NCBI GenBank assembly: GCA_963756985.1
Contig: CAVWPV010000014.1
Coordinates: forward strand, 206 to 64,205
Reading direction: 5' to 3'
DNA: 64,000 bases
Source: an uncultured Solirubrobacteraceae bacterium
GTDB lineage: Bacteria; Actinomycetota; Thermoleophilia; Solirubrobacterales; Solirubrobacteraceae
Part shown: piece after piece, positions 50,801 through 61,064 of the stretch
Layout: every line of letters begins with the position of its first letter
Numbering within the stretch: the stretch's first letter is position 1
Notes under the pieces: generated by a model
Told to the model about the DNA's origin: nothing
The model's database searches: none
The model's input: the letters and a program-made list of their open reading frames with translations, nothing else
Program-made: the position numbers and the translations under genes

Positions 50801-51451
50801 GTGGCAAGACTCTCCGCTTACCCCCAGGCTCAACCTCAGGTTGAGGATGGCTTCCTGATCGCACTCGCGAAGCAGGGACACGCTGACGCATACGATCGCA
50901 TCGTCCGCCGCTATTACGGCTTCGTGCGGCTGAAGGCCTCGTCGTACTTCCTCGCCGGCGGCGACGCCGACGATCTGATCCAGGAAGGGCTCGTAGGCCT
51001 GTACAAGGCGGTCCGCGACTATCGGACGGACCGCGAGTCGAGCTTCCGCAACTTTGCGGAGCTGTGCATCACGCGCCAGATCATCACCGCGGTCAAGACC
51101 GCGACGCGCAACAAGCACACACCGCTCAACCAGTACGTCTCGTTCTCGAGCACGCCGTCTGGCGTGACCGGCGATTCAGAATCGACGCTCGACGAGGTGA
51201 TCCCGGGCTCGCCGGTGCACGACCCGGTCAACCAGGTGATCTCCTCTGAGGAGCTGCGCGCGCTCGTCGCGTGCATCTCGACGGCGCTGTCCGAGCTCGA
51301 GTCGCGCGTGCTCGCGCTGTACCTCGACGGCCACTCCTACGAGGAGGTCGGCCGCCGGCTCGGCTGCGACTGCAAGACCGTCGACAACGCGCTGCAACGG
51401 GTCAAGCGCAAGGTCGGCCAGCACCTGTCCGAGCGCGCGATCCCCGCTTAG
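50801..51451 (+). CDS. sigH: RNA polymerase sigma factor, Bacillus/Clostridium SigH (Spo0H) type
   Basis: YFLAGGDADDLIQEG, SSFRNFAELCITRQIITAVKTATRNKHTPLN, KTVDNALQRVKRK; located after cysS-rlmB. Confidence 0.9.
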   Translation: MARLSAYPQAQPQVEDGFLIALAKQGHADAYDRIVRRYYGFVRLKASSYFLAGGDADDLIQEGLVGLYKAVRDYRTDRESSFRNFAELCITRQIITAVKTATRNKHTPLNQYVSFSSTPSGVTGDSESTLDEVIPGSPVHDPVNQVISSEELRALVACISTALSELESRVLALYLDGHSYEEVGRRLGCDCKTVDNALQRVKRKVGQHLSERAIPA

Positions 51452-51514
51452 AAGCGATACGGCGCGCTGTGGCGGGGTTGCGCCGCAGCGCGCTCTGCGA
51501 GGATTCCACAGGCG

Positions 51515-52078
51515 ATGGAGGACTTCGACCAGCTGGCGGTGACGCCAGCCGAACAGGAGGCGCTCGCGCGGCTGCGGGACGCGACCGGCGTCAGGAACGG
51601 CCCGATGGAACGCCACTCGCTGCGGACGCGACACATCGCGGCCAAGCTCGCCGGGCAGCGGCAGTGGACGATCGACGGCGAGGTGCTGACGATCGCCGCG
51701 ATCCTGCACGACGCCGGCCTGTATCCGGGGATCTCGCGCGGCGGCGTGTACACCTCCGACGGGGCGCAGGCGGCTCGCGAACTGCTGGCCGCGCACGACT
51801 GGAGGCCTGAGCGGATCGAGCTGTGCGCGAATGCGATCGACCGTCACCACGAGCTCCGCAGCCAGCGCGCGCTCGGCGGCGAGGTCGAGGGGCTGCGGCT
51901 AGCGGACCTCGTCGAGCTGAGCGGTGGCGTGCTCCGGTTCGGCCTCGACCGGGCATGGTTGCGCGAGCTGTATGCCGCCGTGCCGCGCCGTGGTCTGGTC
52001 GGCGAGCTTGCGCGGGAGGTCGGCCGGGCGCTGAGGGAGCGCCCGCTGACGATGCCGCGGATCTTCTGGCGACCGTGA
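51515..52078 (+). CDS. HD domain protein
   Basis: H in RHSLR, ILHD, later Asp in LADL. Confidence 0.75.
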   Translation: MEDFDQLAVTPAEQEALARLRDATGVRNGPMERHSLRTRHIAAKLAGQRQWTIDGEVLTIAAILHDAGLYPGISRGGVYTSDGAQAARELLAAHDWRPERIELCANAIDRHHELRSQRALGGEVEGLRLADLVELSGGVLRFGLDRAWLRELYAAVPRRGLVGELAREVGRALRERPLTMPRIFWRP

Positions 52079-52080
52079 CG

Positions 52081-52923
52081 ATGGGCGACCTGGAGGACAA
52101 GACCTACCTCGTCACCGGCGCCAATACCGGCATCGGTCGGGAGACGGCCCGAGCGCTGGCTGCTCGCGGCGCGAGCGTGGTGTTCGCGTGCCGTTCGGCT
52201 GAGAAGACCGAACCGGTTATCGACACGATCGCGGCCGAGACGGGCGCCGGCGAGAAGCTGCACTTCATCGCGCTCGACCTCGGCGATCTCGGTTCGGTGC
52301 GAGCGGCCGCCAGCGAATTCCTCGCAGGCGGGCAGCCGCTCCACGGGCTGATCAACAACGCGGGCCTCGCCGGCCGGCGCGGGCTGAGCGACAGCGGCTT
52401 CGAGCTCGCTTTCGGCACCAACCACGTCGGCCATTTCCTGCTCACCAGCCTGCTGCTCGACCGTCTGCGCGAGAGCGCGCCGGCGCGGATCGTGAGCGTC
52501 TCGAGCGACGCGCACCAGTCGGTGACAGCGTTCGACTGGGACGCCGTACGCAGGCCGACGCAAACCCGTGCGGGCTTCCGTGAGTACGCGGTCTCGAAGC
52601 TCGCCAACCTGCTCCACGCGCAGGAACTAGCGCGCCGGCTCGACGGCGACGGCGTCACGACCTATGCGCTTCACCCGGGCGTGATCGCATCGGACATCTG
52701 GCGTCAGGTGCCGTGGCCGATCCGGCCCTTGATGAAGCTGCGGATGAAGTCTCCGGTGCAGGGCGCGCAGACGACGCTGTACTGCGCCACTTCGCCGGAC
52801 GTGGGACACGAGAGCGGCCGCTACTACGACGACTCAAAGCCGGCGCAGCCGGGACCCGGGGCGACGCCGGAGCTCGCGGCCGAGCTGTGGGAACGGACCA
52901 GCGCCTGGGTCGATGGCTCATAA
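52081..52923 (+). CDS. Short-chain dehydrogenase/reductase (retinol dehydrogenase-like)
   Basis: TGANTGIG, NNAG, NHVGHF, YAVSK, HPG. Confidence 0.92.
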   Translation: MGDLEDKTYLVTGANTGIGRETARALAARGASVVFACRSAEKTEPVIDTIAAETGAGEKLHFIALDLGDLGSVRAAASEFLAGGQPLHGLINNAGLAGRRGLSDSGFELAFGTNHVGHFLLTSLLLDRLRESAPARIVSVSSDAHQSVTAFDWDAVRRPTQTRAGFREYAVSKLANLLHAQELARRLDGDGVTTYALHPGVIASDIWRQVPWPIRPLMKLRMKSPVQGAQTTLYCATSPDVGHESGRYYDDSKPAQPGPGATPELAAELWERTSAWVDGS

Positions 52924-53714
52924 CGGGTTCACCGCGCTGCACCGCGGTGGCGAAGGCAGCCCGATGGTGTGCATCCACGGCTTCACCGACACCTGGCGGA
53001 CGTGGGAGCTGGTGCTTCCGGCGCTCGAGCGCCACCACGACGTGCTCGCGCCAACGCTTGCCGGCCACGCCGGCGGGCCGCCGCTCGATCTCGGCGCAGG
53101 CAGCGATGCGGTCATAGATGAGCTCGAGCGGGCGATGGACGAGGCCGGGTTCGAGCGGGCGCACCTGGTCGGCAACTCGCTCGGCGGATATGCCGCCTTG
53201 CGCCTCGCGCAGCGGGGGCGCGCCGAGTCGGTGGTCGCGCTCGCGCCGGCCGGCGGGTGGGCGGACGGCGACGAGTCCTACAAGGACACGCTGGCGTACT
53301 TCACGACGGCGCAGGAGCTCGTTCGGAACGCCGCGCCGTACGCTGACGAGATCGTCTCGACGCGCTGAGGGCCGGCGCCGCGCGACCGCGTTCACGACCA
53401 CCAACTACGAGCACATACCGGCGGAGCTGCTCGCGCACCAGATCCGCGGCGCGGCGAGCTGCGACTCGGCGGCGCCGCTGATCGAATACGCGTTGGAGCA
53501 CGGGTGGAGCTTCGAGGGCGAGCCCGTGAGCTGTCCGGCGCGGATCGTCTGGGGCACTGCGGACCAGCTGCTGCGGTGGCCGAGCGCCGCCGCCGCGTTT
53601 CGCCATCTCGTGCCACACGCCGATTGGATCGAGCTCGACGGGATCGGCCACATGCCGCAGATCGACGTTCCGGCCGAGACCGCCGACCTGATCCTCGGCC
53701 TGACTAGCCGCTGA
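52913..53714 (+). CDS. Alpha/beta hydrolase, frameshifted near 53365
   Basis: HGF and GNSLGG in ORF 52913-53368; WGTAD and GIGH in ORF ending 53714. Confidence 0.8.
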
Positions 53715-55221
53715 GCAACGCCCGCAGCGCTTTACGGTCGATCTTGCCGACCGGGGTGAGCGGCACCGCGTCGATCACCCGGATCTCGCGCGGGTACTTA
53801 TAGCCGCCGATGTGCTCGCGTGCCCACACGATCAGTTCCTCGGGCGCGACGTCCGAGCTCAGCGACACGAAGGCGACCACCTCTTCGCCGTGAACCTCGT
53901 CCGGCCGTCCGACCACGCCCGCGAGCTGCACGGCGGGATGCTCGACGAGCGCGTCCTCGACGTCGCGCGGGTAGACGTTGAAACCGCCGCGGATGATCAG
54001 GTCCTTCTTGCGATCGACGATGAACAGGTAGCCCTCGTCATCGAGGTAGCCGATGTCGCCCGTGTAAAGCCACCCGTCGTGGATCGTCTCGGCGGTGACG
54101 TCGGGCGATCTCCAGTAGCCCTGCATCACGCCGGGGGAACGGGCGCAGATCTCGCCCGGCTCGCCGGGACCGAGCGACCGTCCGTGCTCATCGCGAATCT
54201 CGACGTCGCACTCGGGAACGGGGAGGCCGACCGATCCCGGTTTCTCGCGGCCGGCCGGGTTGGTCGCGATCAGCGCGGCGGTCTCGGTCAGACCGTAACC
54301 CTGGCGGATCGAGACGTTTGGCACGCGCCGCCGGAACTCGGCCTCGACCTCGGGCGCCAGTGGCGCGCCGCCGCAGCTGAGGTACCGCAGCGAGCTGAGA
54401 TCGTGATCCTCGAGCGGCTGCCCCAAGAGCAGTTGGAGCATCGACGGCACCACCGCCGAGATCTGGAGCTGGTGCTCGGCGATCAGCGCCGGCCACGCGG
54501 CGGGGTCGAACCAGCGCAGCAGGACCGCGATCGCCCGCTCCTCGCTGTGCATCCCGGCAAGCGTCACGAGGATCCCGTACGAGTGCGACAGCGGCAACGT
54601 CGCGAGCGCCCGGTTGACGCCGTCGATATGGCCGGCGTCATGGGCGGAACGGCCGGAGAAGTACAGGTTCGCGTGCGACAGCATCACGCCCTTCGCCCGT
54701 CCGGTGGTCCCGCCGGTGTACAGCAGCGCAGCGAGGTCATCATCTGCGCGCGGGACGATCGGCGCCGGGTCCGCGCGCTCGAGCGTGTGGAGCGAGACGA
54801 CGTCGCCCTCGGCACCCTCGGTGGAGATCACGTGGTGAACGCTGTCGATCCCGTCGACGGCGGCGGACACCTTGTCGATGAACTCGGGCGTCGTGACCAC
54901 AGCCGACGCCGCGGCGTTCGCCACGACGTGTCGGAGCTCGGCCGCCGGAAGCAGGAACGTCGCGGGCGTGACAACTGCGCCCGCGCGCCAGATCGCGTTG
55001 TAGACGATGCCTACCTCCGGGCAGTTCGCCATCGACACGACCACGCGATCGCCCGGCACGATCCCGAGCTCACCGAGCCCGCCCGCGATCCGCTGGGCAC
55101 GGTCGAAAAGCTCGCCGGAGCGGTGCCAGCGACCCTCGAACAGCACCGACTCGTAGTCGCCGCGTCGCTCGAAGGAGTCCTCGGCGAGCCGCGCAAGGTT
55201 GTGGTCGGTGGCGACGCTCAT
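53704..55221 (-). CDS. Long-chain acyl-CoA synthetase
   Basis: YTGGTTGRAKG, GYGLTE, TGD, DRKKDLIIRGGFNV, VGKIDR. Confidence 0.92.
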   Translation of the reverse strand: MSVATDHNLARLAEDSFERRGDYESVLFEGRWHRSGELFDRAQRIAGGLGELGIVPGDRVVVSMANCPEVGIVYNAIWRAGAVVTPATFLLPAAELRHVVANAAASAVVTTPEFIDKVSAAVDGIDSVHHVISTEGAEGDVVSLHTLERADPAPIVPRADDDLAALLYTGGTTGRAKGVMLSHANLYFSGRSAHDAGHIDGVNRALATLPLSHSYGILVTLAGMHSEERAIAVLLRWFDPAAWPALIAEHQLQISAVVPSMLQLLLGQPLEDHDLSSLRYLSCGGAPLAPEVEAEFRRRVPNVSIRQGYGLTETAALIATNPAGREKPGSVGLPVPECDVEIRDEHGRSLGPGEPGEICARSPGVMQGYWRSPDVTAETIHDGWLYTGDIGYLDDEGYLFIVDRKKDLIIRGGFNVYPRDVEDALVEHPAVQLAGVVGRPDEVHGEEVVAFVSLSSDVAPEELIVWAREHIGGYKYPREIRVIDAVPLTPVGKIDRKALRALLSG

Positions 55222-55544
55222 GCAGCGCGCGACGGGTGGCCGACCCCGGGCCAGGGCGCGAGCACCAGAACGAGCCGCGCGTCGCTGACGCGCCCGCACC
55301 GTTCGCCGCTCGTTTGGCTCGAAATGCGAGAGGAACCCGCCTCGCCCGTCACCGTCGAGCCATCCTGCGAGATCTCAACGCGGCCGTCGGCAACGAGCAG
55401 ATACGCCCGCTCGTGAACCTGATGCTCGCTCAGTTGCTCGCCGGCGGGAAGGCTGATGGCGATCGCCCGGGTCTCTTCATCGGAGCGAAGCACCCGGGGG
55501 TGGTGGGGTTCGATCTCCATCGAGCGGATGTCCCAGCTCTCCAT
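55218..55544 (-). CDS. Cupin domain protein (internal compensating frameshifts)
   Basis: LSEHQVHE..YLLV..G; an alternative frame gives GFLSHFEPNERRTVRA, the expected second cupin motif. Confidence 0.7.
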   Translation of the reverse strand: MESWDIRSMEIEPHHPRVLRSDEETRAIAISLPAGEQLSEHQVHERAYLLVADGRVEISQDGSTVTGEAGSSRISSQTSGERCGRVSDARLVLVLAPWPGVGHPSRAA

Positions 55545-55610
55545 CGGGTCTCCTCGTGTCGGGGTCGCTTCCAGTGTTCCCGCTTTGTGCCGCGCTCGCA
55601 ACCCGCCGTT

Positions 55611-56387
55611 TCATTGTGGAGGCCTCCCGGTCCGAGTGATGAATTCCGCCAGGCAGTCGTTGTACGGACCGCCGAGCGTCGGGATCGTATGCTGGCGACC
55701 GGTCAGGATCCGCCGTTCGGCACCGAGCCGTGCGGCGAGCCGATCGCACACCGCCTCGAACACCGCTGAGTGGCCGCCGGAGATCACGAGCTTGCGGAAC
55801 GGCGCCCGGGCGAGCTCCTCGAGCGGCGGTGCGGCCTCCCAAGGCGGCCGTTCATGCGCGGCGAGCGTCGCGCCATGCTCGAGCCAGTCAGGGAGGACCT
55901 CGGGCGTCTCGTGCGCCGAATGGACTCCGGCGCGGAACGCCCGCAGGAACGCGGCGGGCCCCATCGCCGGACCCTCGCGGTACATACGCTTGCCCTGTTC
56001 GAGCATCGCGTCGGCGTCCGGCTCGCCGGCTGCGAGCCGCAGCAGTCCTGGCTCGGACACGGTCAGGGACCACACAGCGTCGGGTCGCAGCGCCGCCGCG
56101 AGCAGCGCGATCACCGCGCCGTAGGAATGCCCGACCAGATGTGCGCCGTCGCCGAGCAACTCCGCGAACATCGGCGCCTCCTGCTCGAAGTCGCCGCGCG
56201 GCAGCGGCGGGCTGGTGCCAAAGCCCGGTCTGTTCGGCAGCACAAGCGACCATCGGTCGGCGAGGTCGCGTTGCGCGCGCCAAGTTTGGGTAGCGTCGAC
56301 GATGCTGCCGTGGACGAGCAACAGCTGAGGACCTGAGCCGAGTCGCTCGACGTCCAGATCCGCGGCGGCAATCGGGGCGTCGGGCAT
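55611..56387 (-). CDS. Alpha/beta hydrolase
   Basis: VHG, RPGFG, GHSYG, C-terminal His. Confidence 0.85.
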   Translation of the reverse strand: MPDAPIAAADLDVERLGSGPQLLLVHGSIVDATQTWRAQRDLADRWSLVLPNRPGFGTSPPLPRGDFEQEAPMFAELLGDGAHLVGHSYGAVIALLAAALRPDAVWSLTVSEPGLLRLAAGEPDADAMLEQGKRMYREGPAMGPAAFLRAFRAGVHSAHETPEVLPDWLEHGATLAAHERPPWEAAPPLEELARAPFRKLVISGGHSAVFEAVCDRLAARLGAERRILTGRQHTIPTLGGPYNDCLAEFITRTGRPPQ

Positions 56388-56409
56388 TGTCGAGATACTT
56401 CCGGGCCGA

Positions 56410-57312
56410 ATGGCAGACCGCAAGGACATCGATTTCAGTTATACGCTCACCGACAGGGTGATTCGGCTCGCGCTCGGCGAGCTCACCGACTTCAGCGGCG
56501 CGAAATACGACGGTGACTTCACGCTCACGCTCGAGCAGGCGCAGCGGCGCAAGCACGAGTACGTAGCCGAGCAGATCGGGCTCGAGCCCGGCAAGCGGAT
56601 CATCGATCTCGGCTGCGGCTGGGGGCCGCTGCTCAACTTCTTCCGCGAGCGCGGAGCGACCTGGGGTCGGCGTGACGCTGTCCTCGGCGCAGCTCGAAGC
56701 GTGCCGCAAGCACGGGCTCGAGGCGCACCTGCAGGATGCGCGCGACGTGACTCGCGACACGTTCGGCCCGTTCGACGCAGCCGTCAGCCTCGGCGCGTTC
56801 GAGCACTTCGCCTCGCCCGAGGACTACGAGGCGGGCCGCCAGGACGCCGTCTACGAGCGGTTCTTCGCAAACGTCGCGACGCTGCTGCCGCCGGGCGGGC
56901 GTTTCTATCTGCAGACGATGGTGTTCGGCCCGAACATGATCCCGATCGAGCAGGTCGACCGGAACGCGCCTCCGCGAATCCGACTGCCTGGTACCTGGCG
57001 ATGATGCAGGCGGCGTTTCCCGGATCGTTCCTGCCGTTCGGCTCCGAGCAGGTGGTCCGCTGCGCCGAGCCCCACTTCAAACTGGTGTCGGCGGTCAGTG
57101 GCCGTCTCGACTACATCCAGACGATCAAGGAGTGGGACAAGCGCACCGAGGCATGGACTCCGAGGCTGGCGATGCTCAAGCTGCGGCTGATCCCGAAATG
57201 GCTGACGAGTCCGGACTTCCGCTTTGCGTTCACCTCGGGAGCATCGTCGAACCTCGTGTGCTTCGAGCGCGAGTTGATGGAGCACTTCCGGCTCGTGTTC
57301 GAGAGGGTGTAG
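56410..57312 (+). CDS. Cyclopropane-fatty-acyl-phospholipid synthase-like methyltransferase (compensating frameshifts ~56665 and ~56970)
   Basis: LEQAQRRK, DLGCGWG; middle segment GVTLS..Q, FDAAVSLGAFEHF lies in frame 56672-57004; FPG, DY..T..EW. Confidence 0.8.
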   Translation: MADRKDIDFSYTLTDRVIRLALGELTDFSGAKYDGDFTLTLEQAQRRKHEYVAEQIGLEPGKRIIDLGCGWGPLLNFFRERGATWGRRDAVLGAARSVPQARARGAPAGCARRDSRHVRPVRRSRQPRRVRALRLARGLRGGPPGRRLRAVLRKRRDAAAAGRAFLSADDGVRPEHDPDRAGRPERASANPTAWYLAMMQAAFPGSFLPFGSEQVVRCAEPHFKLVSAVSGRLDYIQTIKEWDKRTEAWTPRLAMLKLRLIPKWLTSPDFRFAFTSGASSNLVCFERELMEHFRLVFERV

Positions 57313-57316
57313 CCGC

Positions 57317-58480
57317 ATGACCGCGTTGTTGCTCTTCGGAGACACCGAGCGTTCCGCCACGATCCGTCACGAGATCCCGGTGGGGATCATGGATCCGCTG
57401 CTGTTCGCCGAGATCGACGGCCGGAAGTACGTGCTGACGAGCTGGCTCGAGCGAGACCGGATCCTCCGCGTGCTGCCGGATGCCGAGATCCTCGACTACT
57501 TCGCGTTCGGCTACAAGGAGCTCGTGAGTGGCGGGCGTTCTTACGTCGAAGCCGAGCGCGAAGTGGCGGTGCGGGCGGTGCAAGGAGATCGGGATCCGGG
57601 AGGCGATCGTGCCCGGGCACCTTCCCGCTGGCGCTCGGCGAGCGGCTGCGCGAGGAGGGCGTGGCTCTCACCGTCGACGACGGGACCGTGGAGCAACGGC
57701 GGCGGGCGAAGCGAGGCGCCGAGCTCGAGGGCATCCGGGCGGCATTCGAACGCCGCCGCGAGCGCGTTCGCGGCAGCCGCGGAGCTGCTCGGGCGTGCGA
57801 CCGTCACCGAGGACGGCCGGCTCGCGATCGACGGGGAGTTGCTGCTCGCCGAGCACGTCAGAGAGACGCTGCAGACCGTCTGCCTCGAGCACGGCGCGCG
57901 GTGCCCGCCGGAAGCGATCGTCGCCTCGGTGTGGAGTGGCGTAGGCCACGAGCGGGGCGACGGGCCGCTTCCCGCCGGGCTTCCGATCCAGATCGACCTG
58001 TGGCCCCGCCACGAGGAGAGCGCGTGCTTCGCCGACATGACCCGCACGTTCGTGGTCGGTAGGCCGACCCCTGAGCACGGAAGCATGATCGATGAGCAGG
58101 AGCGGCTTGTGGCGGCGGCCCTCGATGATGCCCGCGCGGCGATCCGCCCCGGCAGCAGCGGACGGGAGATCTACGAGCGGACCTGCGATCTATTCGAGTC
58201 GGCGGGCTACAAGACGCAGCGCACGGCCGACACGGAGGGGGAGGTGGAAGGGTTCCAGTTTGCTCTCGGGCACGGCGTCGGGCTCGAGGTCCACGAGCCC
58301 CCCGTGCTCGGCCTCGGCGGACATGAGTTGCTCGTCGCCGGCGATGTCGTAGCGGTCGAGCCCGGACTGTGGGACGCGAGGGTCGGCGGGGTCCGCTTCG
58401 AAGACCTGCTGCTCGTGACCGACGACGGATGCGAGACGCTGACGCATTTCTCGTACTCGCTCACGCCTGGGTCAGCGTAA
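57317..58480 (+). CDS. M24 family Xaa-Pro peptidase (internal frameshifts ~57580-57750)
   Basis: IDL, ADMTRTF, GHGVGLEVHE, VEPG, GVRFED. Confidence 0.85.
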   Translation: MTALLLFGDTERSATIRHEIPVGIMDPLLFAEIDGRKYVLTSWLERDRILRVLPDAEILDYFAFGYKELVSGGRSYVEAEREVAVRAVQGDRDPGGDRARAPSRWRSASGCARRAWLSPSTTGPWSNGGGRSEAPSSRASGRHSNAAASAFAAAAELLGRATVTEDGRLAIDGELLLAEHVRETLQTVCLEHGARCPPEAIVASVWSGVGHERGDGPLPAGLPIQIDLWPRHEESACFADMTRTFVVGRPTPEHGSMIDEQERLVAAALDDARAAIRPGSSGREIYERTCDLFESAGYKTQRTADTEGEVEGFQFALGHGVGLEVHEPPVLGLGGHELLVAGDVVAVEPGLWDARVGGVRFEDLLLVTDDGCETLTHFSYSLTPGSA

Positions 58481-59180
58481 AACGCAGCTCGGCCGCCGGC
58501 GCGTTCGCGAGCGCCTCGTGGAGCTCGAGCTCGGTTTCGAACCGGCCGTGTAGGCGCCGGCCTTCGCCGTAGACGTGCAGCTCGGATGTCGCTAGCGGCC
58601 AGGGACTGAACGTGAACCGATGCGTGCCGACGCGGGTGAGCTCGATGCCGTCGACGGTCGTCGTCTCCCAGTCCAGGCACACGGCGAGCGAGAACGAATC
58701 CCAGGCCCACACGAGCCGCTGGTTGCGTGCGAGCTGCTCGCGGTCGGCGGCGAGCAGCTCGGTCAGGCGCTCTTGGAGCCGAAGCTGGTCCTCCATGTAT
58801 GCCACGACGAGTGCGCGGTCGGCCGGGCTGAGCTTGTCGAGGTCACGGAGACGCTGGAGCGCGGCGCCGTGCATCGACACGAGCAGCGCTGCATAGCGGC
58901 TCTGCGTCAGCAGCTTGTACGGCGCTCGTGCCCATAGGTCGATGTGCGTCTGGACCGGCAGCTCGAGGAATGAGTGGGGCAGCCCCGTGTCGGGGTTGAG
59001 CGTCGGGCGCAGATCCCATTCGGCCATCCCGACGTCGTGCTGCTCGGCCGCCAGTGCGACCTGTTCGAACGGCTCGGGACGCGGCGACCACGCGCGAGCG
59101 AGCTGTCCCGAGATCCACGCATGCGAGGCCTGGCCGATCGCCGTCACCGTACGTTCGTCCTCGGAGTGGCGAAGCAGCAT
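58461..59180 (-). CDS. DUF3891-like protein
   Basis: IGQASHAWISGQLA, HDVG, YAALLVSMH, WDSFSL. Confidence 0.7.
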   Translation of the reverse strand: MLLRHSEDERTVTAIGQASHAWISGQLARAWSPRPEPFEQVALAAEQHDVGMAEWDLRPTLNPDTGLPHSFLELPVQTHIDLWARAPYKLLTQSRYAALLVSMHGAALQRLRDLDKLSPADRALVVAYMEDQLRLQERLTELLAADREQLARNQRLVWAWDSFSLAVCLDWETTTVDGIELTRVGTHRFTFSPWPLATSELHVYGEGRRLHGRFETELELHEALANAPAAELRFTLTQA

Positions 59181-59232
59181 CGGCCGATCGTATTCTCCGG
59201 CGATATGCGCGTTGTCAGCCGGTGCGTTTTGC

Positions 59233-60206
59233 ATGGTGATGCTCGCGCTCGCGGTCCCCGCGGCCGCGGCCGGGGGTGGGGGTCGCGGCCCGGTCCTCCC
59301 CGGCACGCATTGCCCGGCGTTCCCCGCCGACAACGTGTGGAACACGCCGATCACGGGGCTCCCGGTCGACCCCCACTCGTCCGCGTGGCTGAGTCACATG
59401 GCGGCCGGCTCGACCTTCCTGCATCCGGACTACGGTCCGGGCGGTCCGTACGGGATTCCGTGGCAGATCACCAGTCGCCACCCGAAGTTCGTGCGGGTCA
59501 GGTTCCAGTACGCGTCAGAGAGCGACCGCGGGCCGTACCCGTTCTCGGCGAGCACGCCGATCGAGGGCGGCGCCAGCGCATCGGGAGACCGGCACGCGCT
59601 GATGGTCGATCCCGCGACCTGCAAGTTGTACGAGCTGTACGCCGCCTACTACCACCCGAATGGCGGGTCGACCGCCGGTTCGGGGGCGATCTGGAGCCTG
59701 ACCTCGAACCGGCTCCGTCCCGCGACGTGGACCTCTGCGGACGCCGCCGGGCCTGCCGATCCTGCCGGGACTCGTCAACTACGAGGAGGTCAAGGCCGGC
59801 CACATCGACCACGCGATTCGCTTCACCGCGGACACAACCGACACCCGCTTCATATGGCCCGCTCGCCACGAAGCGGGCTCCGTGTCGGACGTCTCATACC
59901 CGCCGATGGGGGCGCGCTTCCGCCTGTCGGCGAGCTTCAACCTGCCGGCGTCGAGATGCGCCCGCGCGTGCCAGGTCGTGATCCGCGCGATGAAGACGTA
60001 CGGGCTGATCCTCGCCGACAACGGCAGCAACTGGTACTTCCAGGGCACCGAGGACCGGCGCTGGACGTACACGATGGTCGATCAGCTGAAGCAGATACCC
60101 GGCGAGCGCATTTGAGGCGGTCGACGAGTCGTGTCTGATGGTCAGTCCCAACTCAGGCCAGGCGCGGCAGCCCGGGACGCCGGCATACCGGGCCGCGTGC
60201 GGCTAG
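59233..60206 (+). CDS. Secreted hypothetical protein (frameshifts near 59750 and 60105)
   Basis: FPADNVWNTPI, GDRHAL, WTSADAAG/LPILPGLV, HAIRFT, PPMGARFRL, YGLILADNG; pieces lie in alternating frames. Confidence 0.7.
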
Positions 60207-60209
60207 CCG

Positions 60210-60686
60210 TCAGTCCGCAAGTAGCAGCCGGACGACGCTCTCGGCGACGACCGCGGGCTTCTCGCTGCCCTCGACCTCGACCGTGAACCGGTCGACGAGC
60301 TCCCACCAGCCGCCGCCCTTCTCGGTGACTGAAACGAGTTCCGCGGTCGCGCGGACGCGACTGCCCGACGGAACCGGGGAGGGATAGCGGACCTTGTTCC
60401 AGCCCATGTTCACGCCGAGCTTCACCTGGTCGCCTTCGACGCCGCCGCCGAGCTGCTCGCGGAGGCCGTCGATGACGCAAAGCGTGAGGTTCCCGTGCGC
60501 GATCGTGGTGCCGAACGGCGACTCCTTTTCGGCCCGCTCGCGGTCGACGTGAATCCACTGATGGTCGCCCGTGATCTGGGCGAACGCGTCGATGTCTTCC
60601 TGCGTGATCGAGCGCCAGTCAGACGGGCCGCGCTGGACACCGATGCCGTTGCGGAGGGTGTCGATTGGGTTGTTTGTTGTGGTCAT
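60210..60686 (-). CDS. MaoC family (R)-enoyl-CoA hydratase/dehydratase
   Basis: FAQITGDHQWIHVD, TIAHG, PVPSG. Confidence 0.9.
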   Translation of the reverse strand: MTTTNNPIDTLRNGIGVQRGPSDWRSITQEDIDAFAQITGDHQWIHVDRERAEKESPFGTTIAHGNLTLCVIDGLREQLGGGVEGDQVKLGVNMGWNKVRYPSPVPSGSRVRATAELVSVTEKGGGWWELVDRFTVEVEGSEKPAVVAESVVRLLLAD

Positions 60687-60747
60687 GGCGGGAACACTAG
60701 TCCTGGGCGACTGATTAGGCTTGGCCGACACCAATCAGGAGGTCGAG

Positions 60748-61047
60748 ATGATCGTCATGTTCACTGCGCGCCGTCTCAAGCCCGGGGCATGGGAGGAGTT
60801 TCGCCGCGCCTGGGATCCGGGTGACGAACCACCGCCCGGCTTCCAGCGCGCATTCCACGCGCGCAACATCCGCGACGAGGACGAGATCATCTCGTTCGGG
60901 CTGTTCGACATGACGATCGAGGACTACCGCCGGTGGCGCGAGGAGGCCGACGCACAGGAGAACCAGCGGGTCGACCACATGTCAGCGTTCGTCGAGAACG
61001 AACACGTGTCGGGCGTGTACGAGGTCGTCGAGGAATACCAGCCGTAG
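60748..61047 (+). CDS. Small dimeric alpha-beta barrel-like protein
   Basis: AGGAGG SD; RRLKPGAWEEFRRAW pattern. Confidence 0.6.
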   Translation: MIVMFTARRLKPGAWEEFRRAWDPGDEPPPGFQRAFHARNIRDEDEIISFGLFDMTIEDYRRWREEADAQENQRVDHMSAFVENEHVSGVYEVVEEYQP

Positions 61048-61064
61048 CGTCTGCTGTTGGCGCG

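Noticed and set aside
53812-55416. Long antisense or alternative-frame ORFs (also 16900-18027, 19832-21037, 46672-47925)
   Set aside because: Shadow ORFs expected at high GC; Arg/Ala/Pro-rich, without motifs, and opposite well-supported genes
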